In this document: one piece after another, positions 60,560-64,000 of the stretch | Numbering within the stretch: position 1 is the stretch's first letter | Layout of the letters: each line of letters begins with the position of its first letter | Assembly: GCA_963811105.1 (NCBI GenBank) | Contig: CAWEPZ010000002.1 | Location: 288,001-352,000, forward strand | Source: Candidatus Bathyarchaeota archaeon | Lineage (GTDB): Archaea > Thermoproteota > Bathyarchaeia > Bathyarchaeales > Bathycorpusculaceae | Length of the DNA: 64,000 nucleotides | Direction: 5' to 3' | Notes under the pieces: model-generated | Seen by the model: the letters and a program-made list of their open reading frames with translations, nothing else | What the model was told of the DNA's origin: nothing | Databases searched by the model: none | Made by a program: the position numbers and the translations under genes

Positions 60560-63376
60560 TTATTTTTTCCTGAGTATTAGGACGCCGAGTATAGCGATTG
60601 CAATGATTATTGCGATGCCTACAGCAACTATGTTCGTCGTTACGTCTGCCGCAGTAGCAGCGTTTGAAGGCGCGGTTGGTGTTGGTGACGCTACCGGTGC
60701 ATTTACAACGGTTGCGGCTGTTTCGGCGTATGAGCTACCATAGGCGTTAGTTCCTGCGAAGGTTGCAGATATCTTGTAGTCGCCTGCAATTGTTGGAGTC
60801 CATTTGAAAGAGTATGTTCCGCTGACGTCGCTTGTGGTGTCTCCAATGTGGACAAAGTTATTATTTGAATCAACAGTGTTGATTGATATTGGGACGCCGG
60901 TAACGGTGATATTGTGATATAGTCCATCAATCGGCATTTGCATATTTAGGTAATCCATCCATGTTGCCATTGAAGCGTCAGAGACACATGGTGTGCTTGG
61001 CTGGTTTGGTGACATGTCAAGTACTGTACCGATAATGACTGCTGTTGTTCCAACAGTTATTTGTGTTTGTGGCGCTGAAACTGTAGTTGCGCTCTTGCCT
61101 TTGCCTAATATGTAGAGTTTGCCGTCATAGTTGCTGCCTGCTGCAATATAGCCGCTTGATGCTGCTGCAACTGACATACGTGTACCCATAATCTTCCAAA
61201 GTAATTGGCCTGTAGTTGCGTTAAGGGCCATTAGCCCCCAGCCTCTCGTCGGTGGCAGTGTTGGTGTATGCTCGCTGTTTGATACGTAAACTATTCCGTC
61301 AGCTCCGCCAGTGCCCATAACTCTAATGTCTTGAACAGAGTAGTCTGTCTGGTATGTACCATTGTCGTAAGTTGAGTATGGAGTTTCGAATGGAACTGCT
61401 ACGTCAGCGTAGTGCCATACGATAGCTCCGTTGGTCTCGTTAAGGCAATAAGTGCCCGTGTAGCCGACCGCGTACAATAGTTGCCCGTATGCTGCTTCAT
61501 CATACATCCAGAAGATACCCCAAGGATACTGAGTCGGTATATTAGGATCTGAAATTGTTGTGTTCCAAATGATTTTACCGGTTGTTTCACTGCGGGCTTG
61601 GATAAAGCCTCGTTCCATCTCATACGCGTATATGCCGTCTCTGCACCAACCGTTGGTTGGTCTATAGGCATCAACTTGCTCGCTCTTATCAGTCGTTATG
61701 TTCCAGAGAACTTGTCCTGTTACTAGACTTGTGGCAACGAAGCCATCACCATAGAAGCCACCTTGCATAAACCTGTGTTGAGTAATAGAAATACCAGTAT
61801 CTGGGTCATAAGCACCGTAACCGTAACCAAAGTTTGGCTCATAGAGAGTTCTGAAGCTTTCAGGCAAAGTAACTGATATGTTGCTAACGAGTCTTCCGCC
61901 ACTCGCAACTGGTGCGAAGCTTGATGTGGTTCCTTGCTCTGTCCAGTTGACCATGTAGCCGTTGTATGCAAGAGTAACTGCGACACCATCGTAGATTGAG
62001 GTAGTAGAGTTTTTCCATTGGAAGCTTAAGATATAGCCATTTTTCATGAAGAAGTTAGGAATGTCTGATACCAAGCTCACCTGTGAGGGTGATCCTGGAA
62101 TCACCTGAGTTACTGTTCCGACTCTGGTAATGAATGGAATTGTTATATTCGATGTCACTGCGCCAGTGTTCGGGTTAATCTTAACTAAGAATGATGCACT
62201 GTTGTTTGCTGATCCAGAGTATATTGTATAAACGTCAACTCCATATGCCGCGTCTGCTGCTGCTCCGGGGACTGCTGTGTCGGTTCCTGACCAGTAAGCA
62301 ATGGCAGTTGGGGTTATTCCGGTCCCGCCAGGATTAGTATAGTATAGTATGTCATAATAAATTTGGCCTGTTTGCAAATCATAGCATTCAGCATAAGTTT
62401 GCGGTGCACCACCGTTGATAGATTTTGTCACAGTTGTGTATGCTCTTCCCATGTAGATAAGGCTCGGAGTGTTAGCTGGACCTGCACTGCTTGGGCCGAC
62501 AACGGTTGCCTGATTGCCTGTGTCTCCACCAAGAATACCGGACATTGCACCTACTTTGCTCCATACAATGTGCGGAGTATTGACTGCTGGAACATATGGA
62601 CCGTACCACTCATCATGCACGCTGTTTGTAGCTTGGGTATTCCCAAGGTTGCCAAAGTATTGGCTTGGCCAGTTTCCTGCAACTAGGTTCCAGTTTCTGT
62701 TGTTTGGTTCAATTGGATGTGACCAGTAGTCTGTTGGCGCTGGTGCAATCAGACCGTCCCATGATGCCACTACGTTCTGTTGAACAGTTAGGTTCATGAT
62801 TTGGGAAGTAGCAGGGTTAACGTAGTCTGATGGGTTGTAGATCCAACCGCTAACAAATGTTACAGAGTAGTTTCCGTTACTGTAGTAGCCTGCTGGGTAG
62901 TATTCGCCTGGAAATGCCAACTGGAAACGATAGACGCCTAAATCTGTGGGTATGTAGTTAAACCAGCTAGTGCCGTCTGCCACGTAGGACTGAAGGTTAA
63001 CAGTTTCGGTAGTGCCATCTGGCTTCGTTATTGTGACAACGTATCCGTTCATGAATTTGCCTTCTCCTGATGGGAAGGTAATCCACATGTTAACTAGCGC
63101 TAATTGACCTACACCAATTGGGTTAGGTGAAACACTAATGTACGCAATTGGGCTAATTGTGTAGTTAACTGTTACACCTGCGGGTGGTGTTATTGGACCA
63201 ATGTAGCCTTGTTGTGTTGGTGCTTGGCCGTGAACGCCTTCCACATTTTGCGCACGTACTGGAATGACAGCGATGATCATAGAGAAAATGAGGAGTGTTG
63301 AAAGAATTGCAACGATCGATTTTGTTCTTTCTGCGGTATTTAGGGAATTCTTTAGTAAACATATTATATTTTTCAA
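60560..63376 (-). CDS. Large membrane-anchored extracellular protein with PQQ-like beta-propeller and Ig-like domains
   Basis: Signal peptide, SPNPIGVGQ, repeated ..TG...W blades, EHTPT.P..RG, P.VSD.SM..WM.Y, T/P linker, TM + RKK. Confidence 0.88.
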   Translation of the reverse strand: MKNIICLLKNSLNTAERTKSIVAILSTLLIFSMIIAVIPVRAQNVEGVHGQAPTQQGYIGPITPPAGVTVNYTISPIAYISVSPNPIGVGQLALVNMWITFPSGEGKFMNGYVVTITKPDGTTETVNLQSYVADGTSWFNYIPTDLGVYRFQLAFPGEYYPAGYYSNGNYSVTFVSGWIYNPSDYVNPATSQIMNLTVQQNVVASWDGLIAPAPTDYWSHPIEPNNRNWNLVAGNWPSQYFGNLGNTQATNSVHDEWYGPYVPAVNTPHIVWSKVGAMSGILGGDTGNQATVVGPSSAGPANTPSLIYMGRAYTTVTKSINGGAPQTYAECYDLQTGQIYYDILYYTNPGGTGITPTAIAYWSGTDTAVPGAAADAAYGVDVYTIYSGSANNSASFLVKINPNTGAVTSNITIPFITRVGTVTQVIPGSPSQVSLVSDIPNFFMKNGYILSFQWKNSTTSIYDGVAVTLAYNGYMVNWTEQGTTSSFAPVASGGRLVSNISVTLPESFRTLYEPNFGYGYGAYDPDTGISITQHRFMQGGFYGDGFVATSLVTGQVLWNITTDKSEQVDAYRPTNGWCRDGIYAYEMERGFIQARSETTGKIIWNTTISDPNIPTQYPWGIFWMYDEAAYGQLLYAVGYTGTYCLNETNGAIVWHYADVAVPFETPYSTYDNGTYQTDYSVQDIRVMGTGGADGIVYVSNSEHTPTLPPTRGWGLMALNATTGQLLWKIMGTRMSVAAASSGYIAAGSNYDGKLYILGKGKSATTVSAPQTQITVGTTAVIIGTVLDMSPNQPSTPCVSDASMATWMDYLNMQMPIDGLYHNITVTGVPISINTVDSNNNFVHIGDTTSDVSGTYSFKWTPTIAGDYKISATFAGTNAYGSSYAETAATVVNAPVASPTPTAPSNAATAADVTTNIVAVGIAIIIAIAILGVLILRKK

Positions 63377-63685
63377 TTTTTCTTTTCTTCCTTATTTTTT
63401 TATTGAGGAGAAAAACGAGTATTTTCACTCACTCCTCAATCTAGTTTTGTTTAGCAAAAAGTCTCTTATAAAGATAGTGCACAATAGACTTTGGCTAAAA
63501 ATAATGAATATAGGGGTCTTTTTGCTTTTCTTGGTTTCGCTTTTTTGAGCTTTTTGAACTGCGATCCAAAGCGCTACAGGAACAGTCCCTGCTTGTCTGC
63601 AGAAACTAGCCAAAAACTCCATTTCAATCTGCCAATGTTTGGGTAAAAAGCAATATAACACTTACTATCAACACAACACTGGAGA

Positions 63686-64000
63686 ATGTTTAATTTGGAT
63701 GCGGCAAAAAAGAGAGCGTTTGCCAAAGATTTCTATAGTCGCCAAATAACAATGAAAGAACTGGGTGAAAAAGGTCAAGCGCGTTTGTCTAAGTCCAAAG
63801 TGGCTGTTGTCGGTGCAGGTGGTTTAGGTGCGATCTCTTCGCTTTATCTTGCTTTAGCTGGTGTTGGCTACATTCGCTTGATTGACCAGGATACCGTTGA
63901 GTTGCAGAATCTTCACCGCCAAATCCTCTACACTAGCGCTGATTTGCATTATCCAAAAGCTGAAATAGCCGCAAAACGTCTGCAAGAACTAAACCCGCTA
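63686..64000 (+). CDS. ThiF/MoeB/UbaA family E1-like enzyme (3' truncated)
   Basis: Hand translation: FYSRQI...GQARL..SKVAVVGAGGLG...AGVG.I.LID.D.VE..NLHRQ. Confidence 0.92.
   Translation, partial: MFNLDAAKKRAFAKDFYSRQITMKELGEKGQARLSKSKVAVVGAGGLGAISSLYLALAGVGYIRLIDQDTVELQNLHRQILYTSADLHYPKAEIAAKRLQELNPL

Overview
Archaeal chromosomal window, most likely Bathyarchaeia (inferred from gene families such as the large membrane-anchored PQQ-like beta-propeller protein, HTH-fused RibK, Dph5 and archaeal SRP RNA; not verified by search). It holds the end of a trp operon (trpBA), a degraded island with a phased 10-bp repeat array beside the SRP RNA gene, and a nucleic-acid-binding cluster (RNase H-like/CxxC-x17-CxxC fusion, OB-fold protein, stand-alone CxxC-x17-CxxC). 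A ~20 kb tetrapyrrole/anaerobic cobalamin cluster follows (hemABCDL, cobA, sirC, a domain-swapped amidotransferase, cbiX-cbiC fusion, cbiDETLFGH, cbiMQO plus a second cbiMN), with cbiB-cobD further on. The rest is mre11-rad50, housekeeping genes, a DUF106/Oxa1-family insertase fused to an extracellular domain, a frameshifted DNA ligase and a partial ThiF/MoeB gene. The best novel-system candidate is an uncharacterised wHTH regulator between two cbiM paralogues (one lacking the His2 metal ligand). Both cbiM promoters share a 40-bp element (33/40 identical) made of three 11-bp-phased TNAAC-N4-GTTNA palindromes running into the TATA box. Several single-base frameshifts in otherwise intact genes suggest assembly errors. 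All product calls come from motif recognition only.
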